Notes: generated from the sequence alone by a model not told the origin. Counted from the first letter of the stretch, positions 25,940 through 36,186 are shown. The stretch: 64,000 nt of DNA from an uncultured Gammaproteobacteria bacterium (GCA_964447765.1 CAYUTO010000002.1:148316-212315), one strand, 5' to 3'. Made by a program: numbers and translations.

Positions 25940-28039
25940 ATGGTTACGAAAATCAGAAAGTTAGTCCCATACCTTATAGCAGCAACTTTTATAGCACCTC
26001 TGATTCTCCTCAATAACTATATTTTTCCTTTTATTGTTCCTAAAATAGTCTTTTTTAGATCACTCGTTCTTATTATTGCAGGCTGTTATGCGCTTTTGTT
26101 GGTTTCAAATTTTTCAAAATATAGACCACGTTTTTCATTCCTCACTACAAGTATTTTATTATTTTGGCTGAGTTTTGCTATCTCCACTTTTACCGGTGTA
26201 GATTGGTATCGTAGTTTTTGGGATAATCACGAGCGAATGCTTGGGTTGTTTACCATTACACACTACACCATACTATATCTGATTGCGTCTTCAGTTCTCG
26301 AATTTGATCGTGAGTGGAATACAGTGTTTCGCTCAGCGCTTATCCTTGGATCTCTCGTGATGCTTATCGGCGTATGGCAGAAGTTTGTGAATCCACAGGC
26401 CCTCCTCAATAACGGTTCATGGCGTGTATCTGCAACATTAGGTAATTCTATTTATTATAGTGGATACGGGCTCTTTTTGATGTTTTTGGGTGGGCTACAA
26501 TTTTTCAGGGAACAAAGTAAGAATTGGAAATATGTTGCTCTCAGTGTAGGGTTGTTAGGTTTTTTGGGTATATTTTTTGGAGGAACGAGAGGTACGATTC
26601 TTGGAATGCTTGCAGGTTTTATTACGCTGGCGTTTTGTTATATTGTATTAGAGAAAGAAAAAACCAAAACTCGAACTGTAATTACATACCTTGCTGCAGT
26701 AGGAGTTGTAGTTTTTTCCCTATTATTCGTATTTAGACAAACAGCGTTTGTCTCGGGAATTCCTGGATTGGGACGGCTTTTGAACACGTCATTTTCACTC
26801 AATTCGACTGAGAGTACTCGTCCAATGGCGTGGAGCACTGCGGTTGATGCATGGAAGGAAAAACCACTATTTGGGTGGGGACCTAATAATTTCTACTATG
26901 CGTTCAATGAGCACTACAACCCTCAATTTTTGAAATTTGGGTGGAATGAAACTTGGTTCGATAACGCGCATAGTGTTATTTTTAACACACTCACGGTCCA
27001 GGGAATTGTAGGTATTGCGACGTATCTACTCATCTATATCGCTGCCTGTACGCTTATTTTAGTAGGTGTGCGAAGGGGTATAATCAGGAGTCAGGTGGGG
27101 TATATTTCTGCATCATTTTTAGTGGCACATTTTGTAGGATTGGTGACGGTATTTGAAAATCCAACGTCCTATCTGTACTTTTTTGTCTTTGTAGCTTTTG
27201 TAGCTTTTTCTACCCGCGGTGTCGCATTGCGTAAAAAAAAGGATGTTGAAGAAAAAGAAGAAGTTGTGGTAGTGAAAAAAAATAGTATCACCGAACATGG
27301 TGCGAAAGTTTCCGCGGGTCTCGTGGTGACCGTCGGTGTTGTAGTTTTTTTGTTGGTGTATATTACTGATATTGCTCCTGCGCGAGCAAACAAGGCTACT
27401 ATTGCTGCGATACAAAAAATTTATGCAGGGGTTGCAGACGAGAGGTTGTATGATGATGCATTGGAATTTTCAAGTCCTCATATCGATGATATTAGAAACG
27501 ATATTTCGCGTACGGTCATAGGTGTGCTTCCTCAGTTGGTGCAACAAGGAAAAGGTGAAGAGGCGTTAGTACTATTCAATGAGACGATTGAGGAATTGAA
27601 AAAAAATCAATTACTCCATCCGCTCGATGTGCGGGTGTATTTTGTGCTTTCTCAGTTGTATGAATTTGGCTATCAAGCTACACAGAATACGGAATTTTTA
27701 AGTCAAAGTGAGGCTGCTCTTCGTCAGGCGGTATATTTTTCTCCCAAGCGACAGCAATTTCTCTATGCTCTTTCTCAAAATCTGATTCAACAGGGTAAGC
27801 TGCCTGAAGCAGAAGAAATACTCAAGCGGTCAATCAATGATTTCGAAAATATTGGCGAAGGATGGGTACGACTTGCGGTGATTTATGCTGCACAAAACAA
27901 AACAACAGAGGCGGTTGAAATTGCAAATAAGGTATTAGGGTGGTTCGATAATCCAACTTCTTCAATGTATCAATTGAACCTAGAATGGAAACCAGTATTG
28001 GAACAAATACGAGGGGCAGCAACGTCTACGAGCGAGTAA
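25940..28039 (+). CDS. O-antigen ligase-like protein with C-terminal TPR repeats (possible oligosaccharyltransferase)
   Basis: RVSATLGN, GTRG, KPLFGWGPNNF, FDNAHS; helical TPR-like C-terminus. Confidence 0.85.
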   Translation: MVTKIRKLVPYLIAATFIAPLILLNNYIFPFIVPKIVFFRSLVLIIAGCYALLLVSNFSKYRPRFSFLTTSILLFWLSFAISTFTGVDWYRSFWDNHERMLGLFTITHYTILYLIASSVLEFDREWNTVFRSALILGSLVMLIGVWQKFVNPQALLNNGSWRVSATLGNSIYYSGYGLFLMFLGGLQFFREQSKNWKYVALSVGLLGFLGIFFGGTRGTILGMLAGFITLAFCYIVLEKEKTKTRTVITYLAAVGVVVFSLLFVFRQTAFVSGIPGLGRLLNTSFSLNSTESTRPMAWSTAVDAWKEKPLFGWGPNNFYYAFNEHYNPQFLKFGWNETWFDNAHSVIFNTLTVQGIVGIATYLLIYIAACTLILVGVRRGIIRSQVGYISASFLVAHFVGLVTVFENPTSYLYFFVFVAFVAFSTRGVALRKKKDVEEKEEVVVVKKNSITEHGAKVSAGLVVTVGVVVFLLVYITDIAPARANKATIAAIQKIYAGVADERLYDDALEFSSPHIDDIRNDISRTVIGVLPQLVQQGKGEEALVLFNETIEELKKNQLLHPLDVRVYFVLSQLYEFGYQATQNTEFLSQSEAALRQAVYFSPKRQQFLYALSQNLIQQGKLPEAEEILKRSINDFENIGEGWVRLAVIYAAQNKTTEAVEIANKVLGWFDNPTSSMYQLNLEWKPVLEQIRGAATSTSE

Positions 28040-28061
28040 TTTTATTTTAAATAGTAGTGCT

Positions 28062-28850
28062 ATGAAAACAGTAATTTTGTGTGGCGGAACAGGAACGCGC
28101 ATGAAAGAAGAAACAGAGTTTAAGCCTAAACCACTCGTATTGGTGGGGGGTAAGCCAATTCTCTGGCATATCATGAAAATTTACGCGCATTACGGGCATA
28201 ATGAATTTATTCTTGCATTGGGGTATAAGGGTGACATGATCAAGCAGTACTTTCTTAATTGGAGAAGCTTGCTCAATGATTTTACACTTGATACCAAAAA
28301 TCATGAATTCACCTTCCATAATAATGAATGTGACGACTTTAAAATTACCTTTGCAGAGACTGGTCCAGAAAGTTTGACTGGTGAGCGTGTACGTCGTGTT
28401 CGAAAGTATATCGGGGACGATACAGAGTTTATGGTGACGTACGGTGACGGTGTTGCAAATATCAATATTGCTGAACTGATCGATTTCCATAAAAAACAAA
28501 ATACGGCGGTAACTATTACAGGTGTTCGTCCAACACATCGATTTGGACTCCTTGATATTGATCATACGTCAGAAAAAATTAAAGGTTTTTATCAAAAACA
28601 TGTGACCAATGATACTGATAAAATTTCGAGTGATTATATTAATGGTGGATTTATGGTCTTGAACTCATCTGTTCTTGATCAGATCGAAGAAAATTCAATG
28701 ATTGAATCAATTTTTGAGCCACTTGCAAACAAAGATCAGTTGTCAGTATATAGACATAAGGGTATGTGGAAATGTATGGATACCTACAAAGAAGTTGAAG
28801 AATTAAATAAACAGTGGCACATTGATCCTTTTTGGAAAGTGTGGGCGTAA
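28062..28850 (+). CDS. rfbF: glucose-1-phosphate cytidylyltransferase
   Basis: ILCGGTGTRMKEETEFKPKPLV, PILWHIMK, YGDG, INGGF, WKCMDT. Confidence 0.9.
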   Translation: MKTVILCGGTGTRMKEETEFKPKPLVLVGGKPILWHIMKIYAHYGHNEFILALGYKGDMIKQYFLNWRSLLNDFTLDTKNHEFTFHNNECDDFKITFAETGPESLTGERVRRVRKYIGDDTEFMVTYGDGVANINIAELIDFHKKQNTAVTITGVRPTHRFGLLDIDHTSEKIKGFYQKHVTNDTDKISSDYINGGFMVLNSSVLDQIEENSMIESIFEPLANKDQLSVYRHKGMWKCMDTYKEVEELNKQWHIDPFWKVWA

Positions 28851-28865
28851 GTAGGTCTAAAAAAT

Positions 28866-29840
28866 ATGGGTAGTCTAATAAATCAAAATATATTGGTAAC
28901 AGGTGGTGAGGGACTGGTTGGTTCGCACCTGGTGGAGGCTCTACTTCTGAAAAAACCAGGAAAATTAGTAGTACTTTCTCGCGATCGGGATCCTCAATCA
29001 TATTTTGTAGGAACAGAGCTTGAAAACAAAGTCATACGTGCATATGGAGATTTGAAAGATAAAGAGCGGATATTCGATATCGTGACTGCGTATGAAATTA
29101 ACTATATTTTTCATATTGGTGCCCAAGCAATTGTACGTACTGCATTGGTAAATCCCTATGAAACACTTGCAAGTAATATCATGGGTACGATCCATGTGCT
29201 TGAAGCTGCGCGTCTATCCCCGCAGGTAAAAGGTGTAGTAGTTGCATCAAGTGATAAGGCGTATGGAAAAGACTGTGTGGATGCAATAGAGGATCATGAA
29301 TTACGGGGTGATCACCCATACGATGTATCAAAATCATGTACCGATCTGATTGCGCAGACGTATGCTTCGACCTATGGAGTACCAGTCACGATCAGTAGGT
29401 GTGGAAATATTTTTGGTCCAGGAGATTTGCATTTCAACCGGATTGTTCCAGGCTCCATGAAGGCGCTTATTGAGAATGAAACGTTGCAGATACGAAGTAA
29501 TGGTGAATTTGTGCGCGATTATGTGTATGTAAAAGATGTAGTGACTGGGTATGTGCTCTTAGCTGAGCAGATTGAACGTATCAAAGGCGAAGCGTTTAAT
29601 TTTAGTACGGGAAATAATTATAGTGTAATCAATCTGATAAAAAAAATATCAGAAGTTCTCGGATCTGAAATCAAATATACCATTGTAAACAATCAAAAAA
29701 ATGAAATTCCAGAACAGAGTCTAAATTATGAAAAAGTCGTAAAGATACTTGGGTGGAAGCCGGTGGTATCACTTGAGACCGCGCTACAAGAAACATATGA
29801 ATGGTATAAAAATTATTTCAGGAAACAGGAGGGGTTGTAG
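28866..29840 (+). CDS. rfbG: NDP-sugar 4,6-dehydratase (CDP-glucose 4,6-dehydratase-like SDR)
   Basis: GGEGLVG, SSDKAY, PYDVSK; follows rfbF. Confidence 0.75.
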   Translation: MGSLINQNILVTGGEGLVGSHLVEALLLKKPGKLVVLSRDRDPQSYFVGTELENKVIRAYGDLKDKERIFDIVTAYEINYIFHIGAQAIVRTALVNPYETLASNIMGTIHVLEAARLSPQVKGVVVASSDKAYGKDCVDAIEDHELRGDHPYDVSKSCTDLIAQTYASTYGVPVTISRCGNIFGPGDLHFNRIVPGSMKALIENETLQIRSNGEFVRDYVYVKDVVTGYVLLAEQIERIKGEAFNFSTGNNYSVINLIKKISEVLGSEIKYTIVNNQKNEIPEQSLNYEKVVKILGWKPVVSLETALQETYEWYKNYFRKQEGL

Positions 29841-29849
29841 TAATTATCT

Positions 29850-30743
29850 ATGAGGAATGATAAGGTGAAAGTCGCAATTATTGGGACAGGTAATATCGGA
29901 AGCGATCTGCTCTACAAAGTTCAGAGATCGCCTTTTTTGCGATGTGGCTTATTCACGGGGCGCAATCAGGATTCAGAAGGTATCAGGCGCGCTAAGCGGA
30001 TGGATGTAACAGTGTCCTGTGATTCGATACGTGCAATTGAAGAAAATCCTGACTGTTGTGAAGTGGTGTTCGATACTACGAATGCGGAGTCTCATTTGAT
30101 TCATGCTCCGATATTACAGAAACTGAAAAAATTTACGATAGATCTCACTCCTTCACGTGTAGGAACCTTGTGTGTTCCGTCTATTAATATTGTTGAGGCA
30201 CTAGCAGCTGATAATGTGAATTTGATTACCTGTGGCGGACAGTCGCTTATTCCAATTGCAAAAGCAATATTGGATGTTCATCCGGAAACAGAATATGTAG
30301 AGGCTGTAGGGAGTATCGCTTCAAAATCTGCTGGTCCTGGAACTCGTGCGAATATTGAAGAATATTTACAGACAACGGCGCGCGCGATAGAGAGTTTTTC
30401 GGGTGTGCCTCGCGCAAAAGCAATTCTCATTCTCAATCCTGCAGAGCCGCCTGTATTGATGAGAAATACTCTGTATGCCAAAATTTCCAATCCTAATATT
30501 CCAGAATTGGTTAGAAAAATTACGGAGACTGTTGGTGCTATACAAGCATATGTGCCGGGATACCGCCTTGCTGCAGGACCTATTATTGAGAAAGATAGTG
30601 TGATGGTGATGGTTGAAGTGGTGGGACAGGGAGATTTTTTACCCACCTATGCTGGGAATTTAGACATTATCACCTGTGCAGCTGTTCGTGTTGCTGAAGA
30701 GTATGTAAAACATAAGTCTCAAATGGTTTCCTCTATTGTATGA
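29850..30743 (+). CDS. dmpF: acetaldehyde dehydrogenase (acylating), DmpF/MhpF family
   Basis: IIGTGNIGSDL, NLITCGGQ, SAGPGTRANI, YAGNLDI. Confidence 0.92.
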   Translation: MRNDKVKVAIIGTGNIGSDLLYKVQRSPFLRCGLFTGRNQDSEGIRRAKRMDVTVSCDSIRAIEENPDCCEVVFDTTNAESHLIHAPILQKLKKFTIDLTPSRVGTLCVPSINIVEALAADNVNLITCGGQSLIPIAKAILDVHPETEYVEAVGSIASKSAGPGTRANIEEYLQTTARAIESFSGVPRAKAILILNPAEPPVLMRNTLYAKISNPNIPELVRKITETVGAIQAYVPGYRLAAGPIIEKDSVMVMVEVVGQGDFLPTYAGNLDIITCAAVRVAEEYVKHKSQMVSSIV

Positions 30744-31756
30744 AAAAACCTATTTTTTTTGACTCAACTTTACGCGATGGTTCGCACGCGATTCAACATC
30801 AGCTTACTTCGGATAATGTGAGGGAATATTGTAAAATGGTGGATAATGCGGGACTCTATACCGTGATTGTCGGTCATGGAAATGGTCTCGGTGCCTCATC
30901 AGTACAGGTGGGTCTGTCACGTACATCTGATCAAGAATTACTTGCTGCAGCTCGATCTGAGTTGAAGGTTACAAAGCTGGGCGTTTTTATATTGCCGGGA
31001 TTTGGAACAATTGAAAATGATTTAGTTCCAGCACTCGAATTAGGAGTTGATCTCGTCTGTGTTGCGTCTCACTGCACAGAAGCTGATGTGACGAAACAAT
31101 ATATTAGTCGGGTAGCAAAGGAGCAAAAAGAGGTATATGGTATTCTCATGATGTATCATATGACTACAAAAGAGCGTCTCCTCGCAGAGGCAGAAAAAAT
31201 GGTAAGCTATGGGGCTATCGGTATCATCATCATGGATTCAGCAGGATCTTCAACACCAGGATTAGTTCGGGAAACCATCTCGTATCTGGTTGAACACCTG
31301 CAGGTACCTGTGGGATTTCATGCGCATAATAATCTGGGAATGGCGATTGGAAATACATTGATAGCACTTGAATCAGGTGCGACCATTGTTGATGGTACGG
31401 TACGTGGATTTGGTGCTGGTGCAGGAAATTGTCAGATTGATGTGATGGTGGCATTGCTTGAAAAAATGGGACATACTACGGGAATTAATGTATATGATTT
31501 GATGGACGCAGCTGATAAGGTGGTGAAAAAAATTATGACCCAACCACAAGAGATTGATTCAGTAAGTATTGCGAGTGGTATGGCAGGTGTATTTTCAGGA
31601 TTTGCGCCACATGTGAAGCGAGCTGCGGAAAAATTTGGGGTTGATGCGCGAGATATTTTTGTTGAACTCGGCAAAAGAAGAGTTGTTGGCGGACAAGAAG
31701 ATATGGTGATTGAGGTGGCGATTGAATTATCAAAAAAGAAAAATGTATTATCATAA
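30740..31756 (+). CDS. dmpG: 4-hydroxy-2-oxovalerate aldolase, DmpG/MhpE family
   Basis: DSTLRDGSHA, HCTEAD, GFHAHNNLG, GAGAGN, VGGQED. Confidence 0.92.
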   Translation: MKKPIFFDSTLRDGSHAIQHQLTSDNVREYCKMVDNAGLYTVIVGHGNGLGASSVQVGLSRTSDQELLAAARSELKVTKLGVFILPGFGTIENDLVPALELGVDLVCVASHCTEADVTKQYISRVAKEQKEVYGILMMYHMTTKERLLAEAEKMVSYGAIGIIIMDSAGSSTPGLVRETISYLVEHLQVPVGFHAHNNLGMAIGNTLIALESGATIVDGTVRGFGAGAGNCQIDVMVALLEKMGHTTGINVYDLMDAADKVVKKIMTQPQEIDSVSIASGMAGVFSGFAPHVKRAAEKFGVDARDIFVELGKRRVVGGQEDMVIEVAIELSKKKNVLS

Positions 31757-31759
31757 TGT

Positions 31760-33556
31760 ATGAATGTCGCTGATTTTATTTTCAAATACTTTGGTGAACG
31801 TGGTGTAAATCACGTCTTTACGATTACCGGAGGGCACGCGATGTTTTTAAACGATGCGGTTGCTAAAAACAAAAATTTTACATACACCTGCCCTCATCAT
31901 GAGCAAAGCGCAGCTATGGCTGCTGAGGCATATAGTCGTGTGGCAAATAAGCCAGGAATTGTAATGGTTACTGCAGGTCCTGGAGCAGTGAATGCGCTCA
32001 CAGGGGTCGTAGGTGCTTGGGTAGATTCTTCACCAATGATTGTTATTTCCGGCCAATCAAATTTACCTATCGTGCAGTACGCAGAAAAAACAGATATTCG
32101 ACAATTTGGTGTGCAGGGGATTAGTATTAGAAAAATAGTGACCCCAATTACCAAGTATTTTGTAACAGTGGATGATCCAGCTCGGATCGGAGAATATGTG
32201 GCTGAAGCATGGAAACAGGTAACGACAGGCAGGCCTGGTCCTGTGTGGATTGAGGTGCCAGTCGATATGCAACGCTCAGAAGTACCACAATCAGTAATCG
32301 ATGCTTATGGGTCGCCAGAAGACATATTAATTAAACCTGAGGAAGCATCGAAGGAGTTGTTAGAAAAAGTCGCTGCAGTATATGAGCGCATTCAAAAAGC
32401 AGAGCGACCACTGTTTATTTTTGGACAAGGTGTTCGATTGTCCGGAGGAATTTCAGCTTTTGAAGCAGTGATTAAAAAAATAAAAATTCCACTTCTAACA
32501 TCACGATTGGGTTTGGATATTATTACGAGTGATCATCCACTGTATGCGGGTCGTCCAGGAACCTATGGAGAGCGTTCAGCAAATTTTGCTGTGCAAAATG
32601 CTGATTTGATTATTGCAATTGGATCTCGTCTCACCGTTTCTCTGACCGGGTATAATGTAGCCGATTTTGGTCGTAATGCAGAAAAAATTATTGTCGATAT
32701 TGATCAAAAAGAATTAGAAAAACCAGATTTAAATATTGTATTACCCGTATTAGCTGACGCAAAAGTGTTTTTAACTGAATTAGCGGCATATGCTGAAGAT
32801 AAGTCGAGTATTGAAAGACCTGAATGGGCGGAGATTTGTCAGAATTGGCGAAAAAAATATCCTGTAGTATTACCTTCGTATAAAGATGAAAAACCAGTGA
32901 ATTCGTATTACTTCACCGGTCGTTTAACTGAGCTCACTCCACCGGGTGCAAACATTCTCGTTGATACGGGATCTTGTTTTCATGTCGCAGCACAAACATG
33001 GGTAATAAAAGAAGGGCAGAGATTTTTGACTACCGGAGGAATTTCTACTATGGGGTATTGGGTGGCAGGTATCGGATCATGTATTGCCGCAGGAAATAAG
33101 CCCACTATAGTGATTACTGGAGATGGTAGTTTGCAAATGAATTTACAGGAGTTAGCAACTGTCAAAATAAATAATTTGCCTCTGAAGATTTTTATTTTTA
33201 ATAACAATGGTTATTTATTGATGCGCCATACGCAACGTAATTTTTTTGAAGGTCGTATGATTGGGGAGAGTCCGGCGTCCGGCGTCTGGTGCCCTGATTC
33301 TCTAAAAATTGCAGAAGTGTATGGTATCAAAGGAGTTCGTATTTCCTCAGTGGATGAGGTAGATCAGAAAATTAAAGAGGTACTAGACCATGACGGACCT
33401 GTAATTTGTGATGTGATGACTCCTGAATGGCAATTTCTCATGCCTCGGGTGACATCGGAAAAAGGTCCTGATGGAAAAATGTTTTCGAATCCTTATGAAA
33501 ATATGTTTCCATTTTTGAGTAAAGAAGAGCTTGATGAAAATATGATTGTAACCTAA
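31760..33556 (+). CDS. ThDP-dependent enzyme, acetolactate-synthase-like (YerE-like sugar C-branching enzyme)
   Basis: HHEQSAAMAAEAY, GRPGPVW, GDGS...NN ThDP motif; lies inside the CDP-sugar cluster. Confidence 0.85.
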   Translation: MNVADFIFKYFGERGVNHVFTITGGHAMFLNDAVAKNKNFTYTCPHHEQSAAMAAEAYSRVANKPGIVMVTAGPGAVNALTGVVGAWVDSSPMIVISGQSNLPIVQYAEKTDIRQFGVQGISIRKIVTPITKYFVTVDDPARIGEYVAEAWKQVTTGRPGPVWIEVPVDMQRSEVPQSVIDAYGSPEDILIKPEEASKELLEKVAAVYERIQKAERPLFIFGQGVRLSGGISAFEAVIKKIKIPLLTSRLGLDIITSDHPLYAGRPGTYGERSANFAVQNADLIIAIGSRLTVSLTGYNVADFGRNAEKIIVDIDQKELEKPDLNIVLPVLADAKVFLTELAAYAEDKSSIERPEWAEICQNWRKKYPVVLPSYKDEKPVNSYYFTGRLTELTPPGANILVDTGSCFHVAAQTWVIKEGQRFLTTGGISTMGYWVAGIGSCIAAGNKPTIVITGDGSLQMNLQELATVKINNLPLKIFIFNNNGYLLMRHTQRNFFEGRMIGESPASGVWCPDSLKIAEVYGIKGVRISSVDEVDQKIKEVLDHDGPVICDVMTPEWQFLMPRVTSEKGPDGKMFSNPYENMFPFLSKEELDENMIVT

Positions 33557-33557
33557 C

Positions 33558-34439
33558 ATGCAAACAATACTTCTTACAGGCGGTAGTGGTTTTATTGGTC
33601 GAAATATTATCGAACAATTGGGGGCTACATATACTATTCTCGCTCCAAGCCATCATGAGCTTGAGCTTACTGACACCAAAGCAGTCGAATCATATCTGAA
33701 ACAGCATGCAGTTGATCTGGTCATTCATAGTGCAAATAGGGGAGGATCACGTGCGGATGCCACACAAGCTGGGGTCGCAGCATCGAACCTTCGAATTTTT
33801 TATAACATCATTCAGGCAAAACAATATTACAAACGCTTGATTGTGCTTGGATCTGGAGCTGAATATGATAAGTGTTTACCTTTGAAACAGATTTCTGAAA
33901 TTTTTTTTGGTACGTCTATTCCTGCTGATGAATATGGGTTATACAAATATGTATGCGCCAGATATGCAGAGCAGGTTGACTACATCACACATCTTCGATT
34001 ATTTGCTGTATTTGGAAAATATGAAGATTATCGGATTCGATTTATTTCAAATGCTATTTGCAAAGCATTACTTGATTTACCAATTACGATTAAGCAAAAT
34101 GTAGTGTTTGATTACGTGTATGTTGATGATGTGGTTTCACTGCTTGATTTGATAATTGCTAACCCAACAAGTGAAAAGATTATTAATGTCGGGTCAGGAA
34201 TGCCTGTGGATCTAAAAACGATTGCAGAAAAAATTTTAACTATACTAGATAAAAAATTGCCTATTGTAGTTGGAAAATCTGGGCTTGGCAATGAATACTC
34301 GGCAGATATCGGACTCTTGAAAAAAACATATCCTAATGCTAAGGTTACCTCGCTTGATGTGGCGCTTCAAAGTTTAATCGATTATTATCGGCCTATTGCC
34401 GAAACGTTGGATACAGAAGCATTTCTCGCAGATATATAA
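33558..34439 (+). CDS. NAD-dependent epimerase/reductase (SDR)
   Basis: GGSGFIG, GSGAEY, YGLYK. Confidence 0.85.
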   Translation: MQTILLTGGSGFIGRNIIEQLGATYTILAPSHHELELTDTKAVESYLKQHAVDLVIHSANRGGSRADATQAGVAASNLRIFYNIIQAKQYYKRLIVLGSGAEYDKCLPLKQISEIFFGTSIPADEYGLYKYVCARYAEQVDYITHLRLFAVFGKYEDYRIRFISNAICKALLDLPITIKQNVVFDYVYVDDVVSLLDLIIANPTSEKIINVGSGMPVDLKTIAEKILTILDKKLPIVVGKSGLGNEYSADIGLLKKTYPNAKVTSLDVALQSLIDYYRPIAETLDTEAFLADI

Positions 34440-34443
34440 ATAT

Positions 34444-35397
34444 ATGGAAATAAACAGAAAAAAATTAATTAGTATTGTCACTCCATGCTACAACGAAGAG
34501 TTGAATGTAGAAGAGTTGTATACTGAAGTAAAAAAAGTAATGACTGAATTGTCGCAGTATGACTATGAGCATATTTTTATTGATAATGCATCAGCTGATA
34601 AAACAGTCGACATATTGAAGCGTCTTGCTGCAGTAGATCATAAGGTAAAAATTATTGTAAATGTACGAAACTTTGGGCATATTCGCTCACCATATTATGG
34701 TGTGCAACAGGCACACGGAGACGCTATTATCCTTATGGCTTCAGACTTGCAAGATCCGCCGCATCTAATCAAAGAGCTAACACGAAAATGGGAAGAGGGG
34801 AATGATATCGTGGTTGCAGTAAAAAATAAAAGTGAGGAAAATAAATTATTATTTGCAGTTCGAAAAGTGTATTATACACTGATAAAAAAATTGTCTGAGG
34901 TGGAACAGATAAAGAATTTTACCGGATTCGGGCTTTATGACCAGAAATTTATCAAAGTACTTCGCACCTTTGATGAGCCATACCCGTATTTCCGCGGACT
35001 AATTACTGAAATTGGTTTTAAACGCGCTGAGATTACGTATGTCCAGCCTACACGCAAGCGTGGAAAAACCAGTAATAATTTCTATTCGCTCTACGACCTT
35101 GCAATGGTAGGATTTGTAAATCATTCTAAATTTCCGATTCGTCTCGCAAGCCTCATTGGTTTTGGTATGTCCATTGTAAGCTTGTTAGTCGCTGTGGTGT
35201 ATTTGATATACAAATTATTGTATTGGGATCGATTTGAGGCAGGGTTTGCGCCAGTAACGATTGGATTATTTTTCTTTGGGTCAATACAATTATTTTTTAT
35301 TGGTATTATCGGAGAATATGTAGGGGCAATTCATACGCAAGTAAAAAATCGTCCACTCGTTATTGAAAAAGAACGTGTTAACTTTGATTCAAAATAG
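34444..35397 (+). CDS. GT2 polyprenol-phosphate glycosyltransferase (GtrB-like)
   Basis: PCYNEE, RNFG, SDLQDPP, two C-terminal TM helices, GIIGEY. Confidence 0.9.
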   Translation: MEINRKKLISIVTPCYNEELNVEELYTEVKKVMTELSQYDYEHIFIDNASADKTVDILKRLAAVDHKVKIIVNVRNFGHIRSPYYGVQQAHGDAIILMASDLQDPPHLIKELTRKWEEGNDIVVAVKNKSEENKLLFAVRKVYYTLIKKLSEVEQIKNFTGFGLYDQKFIKVLRTFDEPYPYFRGLITEIGFKRAEITYVQPTRKRGKTSNNFYSLYDLAMVGFVNHSKFPIRLASLIGFGMSIVSLLVAVVYLIYKLLYWDRFEAGFAPVTIGLFFFGSIQLFFIGIIGEYVGAIHTQVKNRPLVIEKERVNFDSK

Positions 35398-35415
35398 CAC
35401 ACGTAAGTAAGAAAT

Positions 35416-35444
35416 AAAAAATCAGGCCTCGAGCCTGGTTTTTT
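35416..35444 (+). terminator. intrinsic terminator
   Basis: AAAAAATCAGGC-CTCGA-GCCTGGTTTTTT. Confidence 0.7.
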
Positions 35445-35471
35445 GAATATAAGTAATAGCGAGGTCAAATA

Positions 35472-35500
35472 TTGACCTTTTTGGTAGTTTGTGATAGATT
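35472..35500 (+). promoter_or_regulatory. sigma70-type promoter of the GC-rich NUDIX cassette
   Basis: TTGACC, 17 bp, TG-A-TAGATT. Confidence 0.65.
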
Positions 35501-35551
35501 CTTCTATCTTCTAGATCCACAGTGGGTCAGAAGTTTAAGGAGGATAGGATA

Positions 35552-36109
35552 ATGAGTCTTCAGGATGATATGGACGCGCTGTTGGGTGGAGTCGACCCAG
35601 CGAGCCCTGAGTACAAGGCCGTGGTGGCCCGCCTCATGAACAAGATCGACCCCATGATGCCGCTCGGTACGCCGCTTCATAGCGCCTGCGTTCGTCTGAA
35701 CGGAGGAATCGCCTTCGAGGCTGCCTGCATACGCCTGAGCCGCGATAATGGTAAGATCGAGGTGTACCTCAGGCGGCGTGGTGACAACGAAGATGCTCAT
35801 CCGGGGCAGTGGCATCTGCCAGGAAGCTTCGTGCGTCAAGGAGAGCAGATCGAGATCACTGCATGGCGGTTGGGCAAGGGAGAATTCAAGTCCCTGGTCA
35901 CTGACTTCCGGCACGTCGGCGACTTCAAGACTCCGGACGATCGAGGGGAGATCGAATCCAAGCTGTTCCGCGTCTGGCTCGACACTGGGCCGCAGATCGA
36001 CGAGCGCCATCAATGGTTCCCGTACGATCAACTGCCGGACAAGATGGTCGACTTCCACGCAGAGACACTGATTCCTGCTGCCGTGGAGTTCGTTCGTCAG
36101 GGACGCTAG
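35552..36109 (+). CDS. GC-rich NUDIX-fold protein
   Basis: AAGGAGG before ATG 35552; GQWHLPGSFVRQGE...RLGKGEF (degenerate Nudix box). Confidence 0.75.
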   Translation: MSLQDDMDALLGGVDPASPEYKAVVARLMNKIDPMMPLGTPLHSACVRLNGGIAFEAACIRLSRDNGKIEVYLRRRGDNEDAHPGQWHLPGSFVRQGEQIEITAWRLGKGEFKSLVTDFRHVGDFKTPDDRGEIESKLFRVWLDTGPQIDERHQWFPYDQLPDKMVDFHAETLIPAAVEFVRQGR

Positions 36110-36186
36110 TCTCAGGCCTAGGAATCTACAACATAGGTTCCGTCCATCACCTCACAAGGGTGGTGGACGGGGCTCATAAATTAACT

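Noticed and set aside
29850-33556. Aromatic catabolism (dmpFG) and branched-chain amino acid synthesis (ilvB)
   Set aside because: No upstream meta-cleavage genes and no ilvN/C/D. The genes are translationally coupled within a nucleotide-sugar cluster.
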